Below are positions 18,801 to 28,600 of a stretch of DNA of 64,000 nucleotides, piece after piece. The stretch is from a virus. The first letter of the stretch is position 1, and every line of letters begins with the position of its first letter. The DNA lies in IMG/VR virus record IMGVR_UViG_3300033146_005950, positions 18,181 through 82,180 of that record. One strand, 5' to 3'. Made by a program: the position numbers and the translations under genes. The notes beneath the pieces were generated by a model. That model searched no databases, was not told the DNA's origin, and saw only the letters and a list, made by a program, of their open reading frames with translations.

Positions 18801-20597
18801 CTAATCAATATCAAGTATTAAAGTAGCAGCAGGGTTATTGCTCCAATTGCTTAATGCAATTCTAATTGTGTCACCCGCAGCAACTGACAAACCATTAAAC
18901 TCAAATACAGTTGTGTCATCTGAACCACCGCCTGTATTTGTTGAAACGGCATCAGCGGTAGTCGTTGAAATAATTTCACTTGTATTATTTTTAAATAATT
19001 TCAAAGTTGAATTACTTGCTCCACCATCCATTTTAACTGAGATTTTATGAATTGTTCCTGCAAATGCCATACTCCAACCAGGATTTATTACTGAGCCGTC
19101 TGAAGTTCCGCCTGCCCAAATTTCTTTATTTGCACCAAGTGCTTCATTTCTTGCAAATAAATATGTAATTTTAGCACCTGCTGTTGAAGCATCAACATAA
19201 GCTTTAACAGATTGCTGTGTAGGAACTGCTGTATCAGAATCTGAAGTAAAATCATCTTCATCAATAACTTCAAAACCTGAATCTGTTAAATTGCCATTTG
19301 AGTCTAAAGCAGCAAGATTACCATCCGTTGCTCCGGTGACTTTATCAGCTTTAGAATCAAAATTAGGTTTATTTTGAATATAAGCATCTGAACTATTATC
19401 AGTCTCATCCCAATCAGCTTGTACATTTACTTCAGCACCATCAGCAATTCCATTTAATTTTGTTAACTGAGCATCGGTAACATAATTTTTATCTGTAACT
19501 GTTGTAATATCACCAGTATTTAATACAACAACACCAGTCTTTCCATTGACAGATGCAACTTGGTCTGTATTATCAATTTTATCCCAATTACTTCCATTAT
19601 AAACAGCCCAATCTCCGATTTCATAAACTGTACCTGAAATTGTACCCGCTGTATCAATTACATAATAATCTCCATTTTCAGGTGAAGCAGGATAAGAGCC
19701 GCCTGAGGCATCTAATGTTCCTTTATATTGCAAACCGCCTAAAATTGTATCAGGCAATTGAGAAGTTGGAACTTTACCGTCACCACCTAATGTTGCGACT
19801 CCATTTGCAGATGCTTTTTCTGAAGTATCAATTTTATCAGCAAGTTCTGAAGTAATTTGTGAAGCAGTCCAAATATCAGAAGTACTTGAACCAGAGTCAT
19901 TTATTTTTGCTCCACTATCAACTGCGTCTCCATCTGAATCTAATACAGTAATGTTACCAGTTGTTCCTGCCGCATCTCTTACAGCATAATAAGCAGGCAA
20001 TTCCCCACCTAATTTATCTGCATCTTCAGCACCGTCAACTTTTCCATTATCATTTGTGTCATAGACAGATTTTAACATATCTCCGTTACCAGAAGCAGCG
20101 TACGAATCATCAACATATTTTTTAGTCGCAGGTTCATAATCAGCATCTGGAGTAAATGAAGTTGTATTATCTAATTCTAATACATTTGTTTTGTCTGCTT
20201 TTAATGCAAGACCATTTGTAAGGTCAGTGTTTGAAGCATAGTAAGAAGCGTCATTTCCTCCTAAATTATATGCGTTTTCTGCATTATCAACAACACCAGT
20301 TTCATTACTGTCATATTGATTTATTGTCATATCAGAATTATGCCACTCATTATAAGTAGTTTGTACCCAACCTGTATAAGTGTCATTATCTGAAGAAGGC
20401 GTAATTGTTGTGCTCGAACCGTCGTCAAGCACCATCGTTACAACACCACTTCCACTTTCATAATCGCTAATTATATCATTAGCATATTCTCTTGTAAAAA
20501 TAAAAACATCTAATGATTCTGTGTCTCCATTTGTATAACTATGGCCGTCTAATGTTACGCTACCAGCAAATGAAAGACTAATCGCTTTTGTACCCAT
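18801..20597 (-). CDS. Modular tail-fibre/whisker-like protein
   Basis: Typical fibre motifs (DMLKSVYDTNDNG, GVATLGGDGKVPTSQLP, VASVNGKTGVV, NVQADWDETD); shares modules with the 15137 and 29111 genes. Confidence 0.8.
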   Translation of the reverse strand: MGTKAISLSFAGSVTLDGHSYTNGDTESLDVFIFTREYANDIISDYESGSGVVTMVLDDGSSTTITPSSDNDTYTGWVQTTYNEWHNSDMTINQYDSNETGVVDNAENAYNLGGNDASYYASNTDLTNGLALKADKTNVLELDNTTSFTPDADYEPATKKYVDDSYAASGNGDMLKSVYDTNDNGKVDGAEDADKLGGELPAYYAVRDAAGTTGNITVLDSDGDAVDSGAKINDSGSSTSDIWTASQITSELADKIDTSEKASANGVATLGGDGKVPTSQLPDTILGGLQYKGTLDASGGSYPASPENGDYYVIDTAGTISGTVYEIGDWAVYNGSNWDKIDNTDQVASVNGKTGVVVLNTGDITTVTDKNYVTDAQLTKLNGIADGAEVNVQADWDETDNSSDAYIQNKPNFDSKADKVTGATDGNLAALDSNGNLTDSGFEVIDEDDFTSDSDTAVPTQQSVKAYVDASTAGAKITYLFARNEALGANKEIWAGGTSDGSVINPGWSMAFAGTIHKISVKMDGGASNSTLKLFKNNTSEIISTTTADAVSTNTGGGSDDTTVFEFNGLSVAAGDTIRIALSNWSNNPAATLILDID

Positions 20598-20716
20598 TTA
20601 GAATTTCTCCTCATATTTTTGAATAAAGTAAAGCTATTTAATTTTAATTATATTTATTTTTTAAATTAATTTAAACAAACAAACAAATAAACAAACAAAT
20701 AATCATTAAAATACAA

Positions 20717-20756
20717 AAATAGCAGCCAATTTTAATTAAAAAATTAGCTGCTATTT
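20717..20756 (-). terminator. Intrinsic terminator downstream of the hexapeptide array
   Basis: AAATAGCAGCCAATTTTTAAT...AAAAATTAGCTGCTATTT long hairpin. Confidence 0.7.
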
Positions 20757-20797
20757 GATTTATAGGGGAAAAAAACTAAATTAGTTTGTCTGTTTGT

Positions 20798-21523
20798 TTA
20801 AATTAATTTAAAAACATTCGTCAATATATTCACCTTCTGAAATTTCTGCATCTCCAGCAACAAAACATTCACCTCTAATAATTGCGTTTCCATAAACTTC
20901 TGCTCATAAACTTCTGCGTTTCCATAAATTTTCGCATTATCATAAATTACTGCGTACCCAGAAACCAATGCATCGTCGTAAATTTGTGCATCGCCATAAA
21001 CTTGTGCATTACCAAAAACTTTTGCACCATCATAAACTTGTGCATCTCCATAAACTTGTGCATTACCAAAAACTTCTGCATCGTCATAAATTACTGCGTA
21101 TCCAGAAACCAATACACCACCATAAACTTGTGCATCGCCATAAACTTTTGATTTACCAAAAACTTCTGCATTTTCGCAAACTTCTGCAGCACCGTAAACT
21201 TTTGCACCATCATAAACTTGTGCTTCACCATAAACTTTTGCGTCTCCGTAAACTTGAGCTTCACCGTAAATTTCTGCATTGTCATAAACTTCTGCGTGCC
21301 CATAAATTACTGCATTATCTTTAACAACTGCTGACTCAAAAACAATCGCGTCTTGAAATACCCAGCAATTATCTTTTTGGTTTAAATTATCTTTATTTTC
21401 AACTAAGCCGCCCCAGTCGCCTTCTTTTACTTTTTTACCAATTACAGTTCTAAAGTTTTTCAGTGCTTTAATTCTGTAATATTTGCCTTCAGGTACCATT
21501 TCATATTTTAATTTTTGACTCAT
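20798..21523 (-). CDS. Hexapeptide-repeat (left-handed beta-helix) protein, paralog 1, with an apparent frameshift near 20904
   Basis: N-terminal KYEMVPEGKY.RI.ALK.F...GGLVEN..NL.Q.DNCWVF, then (AxVYGx)n. One repeat unit is 14 nt instead of 18. The alternative frame continues AEVYGNAIIRGECFVAGDAEISEGEYIDECF to a stop at 20808. Confidence 0.85.
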   Translation of the reverse strand: MSQKLKYEMVPEGKYYRIKALKNFRTVIGKKVKEGDWGGLVENKDNLNQKDNCWVFQDAIVFESAVVKDNAVIYGHAEVYDNAEIYGEAQVYGDAKVYGEAQVYDGAKVYGAAEVCENAEVFGKSKVYGDAQVYGGVLVSGYAVIYDDAEVFGNAQVYGDAQVYDGAKVFGNAQVYGDAQIYDDALVSGYAVIYDNAKIYGNAEVYEQKFMETQLLEVNVLLLEMQKFQKVNILTNVFKLI

Positions 21524-21544
21524 TTTTTTATTTTTCCTTTTGTT

Positions 21545-22033
21545 TTATGTAAACTTTATGTCTAATTCAGTTAAAGTATCTTCAATTGGGTTTATAATTA
21601 ATTTTTTAAAAAATGGAAAATATTCTTCAATATGTTCTTTTAAATCTTTATTTTTTAATTTTTTAACATTTTCTTTAATTTCATCTAATGCCATTAAAAT
21701 AGTTATCCTAATATCATATAGTGTGTCGTAAATTTCAATAACTTCTGTATCAATAAAATCAACTGTACTAAATGAGTGAAATATTTTTCTAATTGAAAAG
21801 AAAAATGCATTTAATTCTTTTATTGAAATAGTAGTTGAAGATTCACTTAACGTATCAATAAACGCTGCCTCAAATACATCTTCAATATAAATTCGACAAA
21901 TATTATTACCACTATCTTTAACGGCTGGTAATTCAACAAACTCACTATAAACAGCGTCATTTTCTTGCAAACCCTTGATACTTTTAATACCTCTTTTATA
22001 ATTATAACGAAATTCTTTATTTGTTTTATTCAT
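21545..22033 (-). CDS. Hypothetical protein (spacer gene within the hexapeptide array)
   Basis: 162-aa ORF; TTTGTTTTAT direct repeats at 21539..21548 and 22020..22029. Confidence 0.75.
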   Translation of the reverse strand: MNKTNKEFRYNYKRGIKSIKGLQENDAVYSEFVELPAVKDSGNNICRIYIEDVFEAAFIDTLSESSTTISIKELNAFFFSIRKIFHSFSTVDFIDTEVIEIYDTLYDIRITILMALDEIKENVKKLKNKDLKEHIEEYFPFFKKLIINPIEDTLTELDIKFT

Positions 22034-22122
22034 TATTTACTTTTCTTTCCTTGCATATTTTTAAAATTGAAACTGAAATTAATCAAAATTTTCAATATGG
22101 TTTGTGAACTATTAAAATAGAC

Positions 22123-23166
22123 TTAATCTTCACCAAATACTTCATCTTTACCAAAAATTTGTATATCGCCGTAAACTTCTGCGTCTCCATAAACTTTTGA
22201 TTTACCATAAATTTTTGCATCCTCATAAATGTCTGCATTTCCATAAACTTCAGCATTTTCGTAAACTTCAGCATTTTCAGAAATTTGTGCATATTCGTAA
22301 ACTTGTGCATTGTCGTAAACTTTTGCGTCTTCGTAAACTTGTGCATCGCCGTAAATTTTTGCTTTGCCATAAACTTCTGCATCGTCATAAATTTTTGCAA
22401 AATTATAAACTTGTGCATCTTCGTAAACTTGTGCATTTCCACAAATATCTGCACCACTAAATACTTCAGCATTTCCGTAAACTTGTGCATTGCCGTAAAC
22501 TTGTGCAATACCATAAATTTTAGCAAGATCATAAACTTTCGCATTACCAAAAACTAATGAACCTTCGTAAACTTTTGATTCACCATAAATTTTTGCTTCA
22601 CCGTAAACTTGTGCAGCACCACAAATTTTAGCATCGTTATAAACTTTTGCTTTACCAAAAACGTTTGCGCCATCATAAACTTCTGCATCGTCGTAAACTT
22701 CTGCATCTTCGTAAACTTGTGCATCGCCATAAATTTTAGCAAAATTATAAACTTCTGCATTGTCGCAAACTTCTGCATCTTCGTAAATTTTGGCAAAATT
22801 AAAAACTTCTGCATCGTCATAAATTTTTGCAGCACCGTAAACTTTTGTGTCACCATAAACTTTTGCTTCACCATAAACTTGTGAATCATCATAGATTTCT
22901 GCATTTCCGTAAATTTCTGCATAGTTATAAACTTCTGCGTGCCCATAAATTACTGCACTATCTTTAACAATCGCTGACTCAAAAACAATCGCGTCTTGAA
23001 ATACCCAGCAATTATCTTCTTGACTTAGATTATCTTCATTTTCAACTAACCCACCGAAGTCACCTTCTTTTACTTTTATACCAATTACAGTTCTAAAACT
23101 TTTAAGGGCTCTAATTCTGAAATATTTACCTTCAGGTACCATTTCATATTTTAGTTCTCTACTCAT
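22123..23166 (-). CDS. Hexapeptide-repeat (left-handed beta-helix) protein, paralog 2
   Basis: Same N-terminal domain; long run of 18-nt A(E/K/Q)(V/I)Y(G/D/E/N)x repeats. Confidence 0.9.
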   Translation of the reverse strand: MSRELKYEMVPEGKYFRIRALKSFRTVIGIKVKEGDFGGLVENEDNLSQEDNCWVFQDAIVFESAIVKDSAVIYGHAEVYNYAEIYGNAEIYDDSQVYGEAKVYGDTKVYGAAKIYDDAEVFNFAKIYEDAEVCDNAEVYNFAKIYGDAQVYEDAEVYDDAEVYDGANVFGKAKVYNDAKICGAAQVYGEAKIYGESKVYEGSLVFGNAKVYDLAKIYGIAQVYGNAQVYGNAEVFSGADICGNAQVYEDAQVYNFAKIYDDAEVYGKAKIYGDAQVYEDAKVYDNAQVYEYAQISENAEVYENAEVYGNADIYEDAKIYGKSKVYGDAEVYGDIQIFGKDEVFGED

Positions 23167-23233
23167 TTTCTGTTCTTCCTTTTGTTTTATTCATTATTTA
23201 ATTTTCTTTACTTGCATATTTTTAAAATTGAAA

Positions 23234-24049
23234 TTAATCAAAACTTTCACCAAATACTTCATCTTTACCAAAAATTTGTGTATCGCCAGAAACTTGTGTA
23301 TCGCCAGAAACTTGTGTATATCCAGAAACTTGTGCATCTTCGTAAACTTGTGCATCTTCGTAAACCTCTGCATTCTCAAAAACTTCTGCGTTTCCGTAAA
23401 CCTCTGCATTTCCATAAATCTCTGCATTTCCATAAATCTCTGCATTGTCGTAAACCTCTGCATTTCCATAAACGTGCGCATTTCCATAAACTTGTGCGTT
23501 ATCAGAAACTTCTGCATTTCCAGAAACCAATGTATCGCCGTAAACTTGAGCTTTACCGTAAACTTTTGCATTATTATAAATTACTGCATTATCATAAATT
23601 GCTGCTTTATCATAGACTTTTGCATTTCCATAAACTTCTGCGTATTGGCAAACGTCCGCATCGCCGTAAACCTCTGCATTCTCAAAAACTTCTGCGTTTC
23701 CATAAATTTCTGCGTTTCCATAAATTTCTGCATTGTCATAAACTTTTGCATTGCCATAAATTTTAGCAGAATTATAAACTTTTGCTTCACCGTAAACTTC
23801 TACATAGTTATGAATTACTGCGTTATCATAAATTACAGCGCCGCCATAAATACTTGATGACCCATTAACAATTGCCTCTTCAAATACCCAGCAATTATCT
23901 TTTTGGCTTAAATTATCTTTATTTTCAACTAAGCCGCCCCAGTCGCCTTCTTTTACTTTTATACCAATTATAGTTCTAAAAGTTTTCAGTGCTCTAATTC
24001 TGAAATATTTACCTTCAGGTACCATTTCATATTTTAGTTCTCGGCTCAT
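23234..24049 (-). CDS. Hexapeptide-repeat (left-handed beta-helix) protein, paralog 3
   Basis: Same N-terminal domain; same QIFGKDEVFGE C-terminus as paralog 2. Confidence 0.9.
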   Translation of the reverse strand: MSRELKYEMVPEGKYFRIRALKTFRTIIGIKVKEGDWGGLVENKDNLSQKDNCWVFEEAIVNGSSSIYGGAVIYDNAVIHNYVEVYGEAKVYNSAKIYGNAKVYDNAEIYGNAEIYGNAEVFENAEVYGDADVCQYAEVYGNAKVYDKAAIYDNAVIYNNAKVYGKAQVYGDTLVSGNAEVSDNAQVYGNAHVYGNAEVYDNAEIYGNAEIYGNAEVYGNAEVFENAEVYEDAQVYEDAQVSGYTQVSGDTQVSGDTQIFGKDEVFGESFD

Positions 24050-24080
24050 TTTTTATTTTTCCTTTTGTTTTATATAAACT

Positions 24081-24356
24081 TTATAACAAATTATCTATTA
24101 TTTTATCAAATTCTTTTTTGAACATTTTTTCTTTTCTTGCGTTATCAATGCTTCCAATTAAAACAATAAAGTCATCAATAGCATCTAAAAATTTTATTGT
24201 TTTGTTTATTAATTCAGAGCCGTGGAAATAATCTTCAAATACATTTTTAATATCTTCAAAAATGTTTTTATCAAACTCTTCTTTATTTAAGTATTCTGAA
24301 GTTTTTGCTTCTTTTAACATATAATTATATAAAAATGTTTTGTCATCAACTCTCAT
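24081..24356 (-). CDS. Hypothetical protein
   Basis: 91 aa with AAGGA RBS; its 3' junction resembles that of 21545..22033. Confidence 0.7.
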   Translation of the reverse strand: MRVDDKTFLYNYMLKEAKTSEYLNKEEFDKNIFEDIKNVFEDYFHGSELINKTIKFLDAIDDFIVLIGSIDNARKEKMFKKEFDKIIDNLL

Positions 24357-24400
24357 AATAATTTCCTTTAGTTTTTAATAATTAAAAAATAACCTTTGTT

Positions 24401-24646
24401 CTATTTATTTTTATATTTAAAACATTTATCTTTAAGTAAGAAACCGCATTCATCATTATTGACACAGCTTGAGCAAAGACTTTTTTGCCATTTTTTTCTG
24501 AATTCTGAAGCGTTATCTCGTACCCAATCTAATACATATTGTTCTCCAGGATCTTTTTGAATTGTTTCACCATAAAGCCATTTATCGTGGTTTATCCAAT
24601 ACAGTTCGCTTTTGAAAATATTATCAGCTAGGTTCATAACATTCAT
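24401..24646 (-). CDS. Small hypothetical protein (DUF4032-like region plus Cys cluster)
   Basis: HDKWLYGE...DPG....DW....ASEFR pattern; C-terminal CSSC...C......C. Confidence 0.6.
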   Translation of the reverse strand: MNVMNLADNIFKSELYWINHDKWLYGETIQKDPGEQYVLDWVRDNASEFRKKWQKSLCSSCVNNDECGFLLKDKCFKYKNK

Positions 24647-24653
24647 TCCGTTT

Positions 24654-25058
24654 TTATTTTAATTTTATGTTCCGTTCTAATTTTTTAGCGAAAAATTGTC
24701 TTTTATTTTCATCAATATTATGTATTGATTTATTATTATGGTAATTTTCTACTATTAAAACAAATACTGTATAACCGCCTTCTTCAGCAACTTTTTTATA
24801 ATTTTCAAATTCAAATTTAGTTGCGTTTGTGTTTGATTGTATAATTGTGCTTACTCCAATTTTTATAGCGTTTTCCCATTTTGTAAAACAGCGGAGATGA
24901 TTTTCTGCTAATTTAGTCATATCAAATTTATAATTTCCATCTTCATCATAAAAATAATCGTCTGCTTCGCAAATTACCCCATTTTTACCTTTTAAATTTT
25001 TTGCTAAAGTTGATTTACCTGCTCCGGGCACGCCCCTTAAAATGTACGCTATTTTCAT
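24654..25058 (-). CDS. P-loop kinase (AAA_33/N4BP2-like polynucleotide kinase family)
   Basis: ILRGVPGAGKSTLA Walker A; EADDYFY...YKFD; SNTN; SIHNI. Confidence 0.85.
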   Translation of the reverse strand: MKIAYILRGVPGAGKSTLAKNLKGKNGVICEADDYFYDEDGNYKFDMTKLAENHLRCFTKWENAIKIGVSTIIQSNTNATKFEFENYKKVAEEGGYTVFVLIVENYHNNKSIHNIDENKRQFFAKKLERNIKLK

Positions 25059-25208
25059 TTTATTTTTTCCTTTTTATAAAATATGAAAGTCATATTGTGT
25101 TTCTTCATTATCTTCTTTTATAATTGAGATTATATTTTTTATAATTATATATATTGAAATAAAAATCATCATAATTAAAATAATAGTAAGCATTTTCATT
25201 TTTCCTTA

Positions 25209-25406
25209 TTAAATTTTATTAAAACGTTTTACATAAGTTCCATTTACTTCTACCCAACACCAGGTTCTCTGACTTGGAGAATTGGTGCTAAATTTTGGGG
25301 CATTGTATTTTCTAAATACATTTGCTTGTTTTTTACTTTCATCAATAATACCTTCAACAGTTGTTGCTCCAGTATAAATTCCGTGGCTTAATCCTTTTTT
25401 AGCCAT
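25209..25406 (-). CDS. Small early protein (65 aa; start corrected to the ATG at 25406)
   Basis: AAGGAG RBS precedes MAKKGLSHG; same leader as the 5287 gene. Confidence 0.75.
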   Translation of the reverse strand: MAKKGLSHGIYTGATTVEGIIDESKKQANVFRKYNAPKFSTNSPSQRTWCWVEVNGTYVKRFNKI

Positions 25407-25593
25407 TTTGATAACTCCTTTGTTTTGTTTTTGTTTTGTTATATTAATAATATATAACAAATATTGAGTTAAATATGCTTTTTTATAAAGAAAAAGTGTA
25501 ACTTATTAAAAATCAATAAGTTACAAAATGAAATTTTTTTACTTTATTTTTGTGTTTTTTATAAAGTATTAAAAATCAATGGTTTATAAGTTT
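25404..25593 (-). promoter_or_regulatory. Duplicated early-type promoter/leader region, copy 2
   Basis: Near-identical to 5285..5470, including the palindrome TGTAACTTATT-AAAAATC-AATAAGTTACA. Confidence 0.85.
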
Positions 25594-25653
25594 CTTTTCA
25601 ATTAAAGAAGAAAAACACCAAAAAATGTTAAAAATGTTAAAAATGTTAAAAAA

Positions 25654-28600
25654 TTAAGTTAACTTTGTCTCAACACCAGCGTCATTTTTGAAATATAAAC
25701 AACCATCTGTTTTCACATATAATTGCCCATAACCTGCTAATGTTGTTTGAGGTGTGTTTTCTCTTATTTGAATTGTACCATTTGAAAATAATGAAGTAAT
25801 ATCAGTATGCCCAATTGTGACCGTGTTTGAGCCTTTTCCAACTGCATTTGCTCCAATTACAATTTCATTAGTGCCATTATCTGCTCCAGCTCTGACATTA
25901 TAACCTAAAAATATTGAATTATTTGCTTTCGTTAAAAAATCACCACCTGTATTATAATATCTACCTGAGGAACTTCCTATTGATATATTATTATTTCCTT
26001 CTGTCAAATTATATAATGAAACAGGTCCTAAAACAGTATTATTTGCGCCTGTTGTGTTTGAATATAAAGAAGATGAACCAACTGCAACATTATTGCTACC
26101 AGAAGTCGTAAGAGTACCGCTTCTATAACCGTAAAAAGTATTTGCCGTAGCATTTGAATTTTGGCCGCTCTGGTATCCAATAAAAGTATTTTTATCTTTA
26201 TCAGATGTTCCTTTACCTGAATATAAACCAATTGCAATATTATAGCTCCCTGTTGTATTTGAAGACCCCGCGTCTCTTCCAATAAATACATTATAAAACC
26301 CAGATGTATTATTAAGACCTGAATAATAACCCATAAATATATTATGGTACCCAGTTATATTATTATACCCTGAAGTTGTTCCAACAAAAACATTGTTTGA
26401 TGCAGTCGTTGTTTTATTGCCTGAGTTGCTTCCAAGAAATATATTGCGTTCCCCACTTGTAATTGATACACCTGCACCTTTACCATTAAAAATATTATGG
26501 GCGCCTGTATTTGAATTATTTCCCGCTCCGTTTAAATAAATACTGTAAGTCGGTCCTGATTTTATTAAATCGGTACCATTTGATTTAATTCCACCGTATA
26601 TTGGCATTTGAATAAAAGTCTCTGAATTTGCAGGGCTTAATATATTTCCATTTTTTGTCCATTTACTTCCTGAGTTCGCTGCAGCAGTCAAATCAAACTC
26701 TGTTCCTGAGTCATTTTGAAAATATAGTTTGCCATCTGTTTTTGCAATCATTTGCCCATAACCTGAAACAGCTGAGATTGAGACGGCTTCTTTAATAAAA
26801 AGATTTCCATTTGAAAATAATGAAGTATTATTAATATCTCCAATTGTTGTTGTATGAGAGCCTTGCCCGTAAGTTGTGTTTGCCCCAATTATTACTTCTG
26901 AAGTTCCATTATTTGTAAGTGGTTTTGAATTATTTCCAATAAAGATTCCGTATGTTGCATTTGAAACAGAGTTTGAGTCTTTATCTAAATACCCTGCCCA
27001 ATAGCCCATTGCAATATTAAAACTTCCATCTGTCAATGTTGAAAGAGTTCTATTTCCAATTGATATATTATTTCCACCTGTTATATTATTTAATAATGAA
27101 TGATAGCCAAAACCTAAATTATGGATTCCTGTTGTTAAAGAATATTGTGCGGAAGCACCGAGCGCGACGTTATAATCACCTTCTGTCATTGAATAAAATG
27201 TCTGTGGCCCAATACCAACATTATTACCACCGGTCGTAAGTACTCTTCCTGAATTAACTCCTGAGAAAATTGAATCATTTTTAGATTTTATTAAATTTAA
27301 ATTATTTTGTGTTATTGAACCGTTTTCTGGGATGTTTAAAATACTTTCATTTCCTGCAAAATTTAAAACTGAACCGTCTGTTTCCCATAAACTTGAACCG
27401 CCACTTGATGCTTCTACCCATTTTAATCCGCTTACTTCAGAACTATCTGCTGTTAAAACATATCCATCCGTCCCAACAGGCAATCTTGCGTCACCTGAGC
27501 TATAAACAAAAATATCTCCTTTTGTTGTTAAGGGCGATGAAATTCCGCTTTCCCCAACTTCAGTCAAATCATACTCAGTGCCATCATCTGAAACATAATA
27601 AAGTTTTCCATCTGTTTTTGTATATAATTGTCCGTAGTCATTTAAATTTGTGTATGCTGCGGTTTGTTCTTTTATAAAAACTGAGCCAACAAAATAATTT
27701 GCTAAATTTGTTGAAGCACCTATCGTGGCTGTATTTGAACCGTTTCCTGCCGCATTTGCTCCAATTACAATTTCATTACTTTGTCCGTTTGCTTTACTTT
27801 TTGTTGAGAATCCTAAATAAGTACAATGATTATATGTAGTAATTTCAGCACCGTTCTTATCATATCGACCTGCGTTTGAACCTAAACCTAAATTATAGTC
27901 TCCATCTGATAATCTAATTAATGATTGAGAGCCAATCGCAACATTATGGTCTCCCCCAGCCGCATTCTCATCATTCGTACAAAGTGCAAAAGAACCAATT
28001 GCTAAATTATTAGCTCCACTTAAATACCCAGCTGAAGTTCCAATCGCGACACAATCAGATAAATCGGTCGCAGTTTTTCCAGATGCATTGCCAATTAATA
28101 TATTATTATCTCCGTTTACTAAATTTTGTCCTGCAAAAGTACCAATCGCAGTATTCTGGTTGCTTGTTGAAATATTTTGTAATGCGCCGCGGCCAAACGC
28201 AACACTCCCCCTTGCTGTAGTAATATTTTGTAAAGCATTTACACCATAAGCAAAATTCTGCCCGCTTGACGTATAAGTTGAAATATTTACAGGACCAGCA
28301 TACCCAAGAAATACTGCATTTTTATAGAACCTTGCAAAACCATTTATTCCATTTGCATCTGCCGTATTAAAATTAATTGTAAACTGTGTATCGGCTAAAG
28401 CAATAATAGATTCACCATTTTTTGATGATAAAATATTACCGTCTGTTTCCCATAAAGATTCTGCTATTTCTGGTTTATTTAATATATAAGCATCTGAATT
28501 TGTATCAGTTTCATTCCAATCAGGTTGTACATTTTCTTCAGCTAATTCATTTATTAAATCTAATTTTGTTTTGTATGCGGAAGTGAAATTCTTTTCAGAG

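Noticed and set aside
20672-20702. AAAC/AAAT microsatellite (also AAAAATGTT x3 at ~25622..25650)
   Set aside because: Short low-complexity intergenic repeats expected in very AT-rich DNA; no supporting structure.
22095-22131. Short extra segment after paralog 2 reading GAAGAT...CTATT-TT-AATAG-TTCAC on the minus strand, like an IS right end
   Set aside because: The stem is only 5 bp, GAAGAT is the gene's last codons, and there is no left end. Too weak to call, though worth rechecking in a family alignment.
20882-23857. Many overlapping ORFs on both strands (HKL-, INFC- and MQKF-repeat peptides)
   Set aside because: Shadow frames of the 18-nt hexapeptide repeat, which lacks stops in several frames; no RBS or independent features.
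20880-23860. Possible CRISPR array or DGR template/variable repeats
   Set aside because: The repeats are contiguous in-frame coding units without unique spacers. Differences are not clearly adenine-restricted, and no reverse transcriptase or cas gene is in the window.
25407-25460. N-terminal extension of ORF 25209..25460 in the ORF track
   Set aside because: The extension lies in the duplicated promoter/leader; the RBS supports the ATG at 25406.
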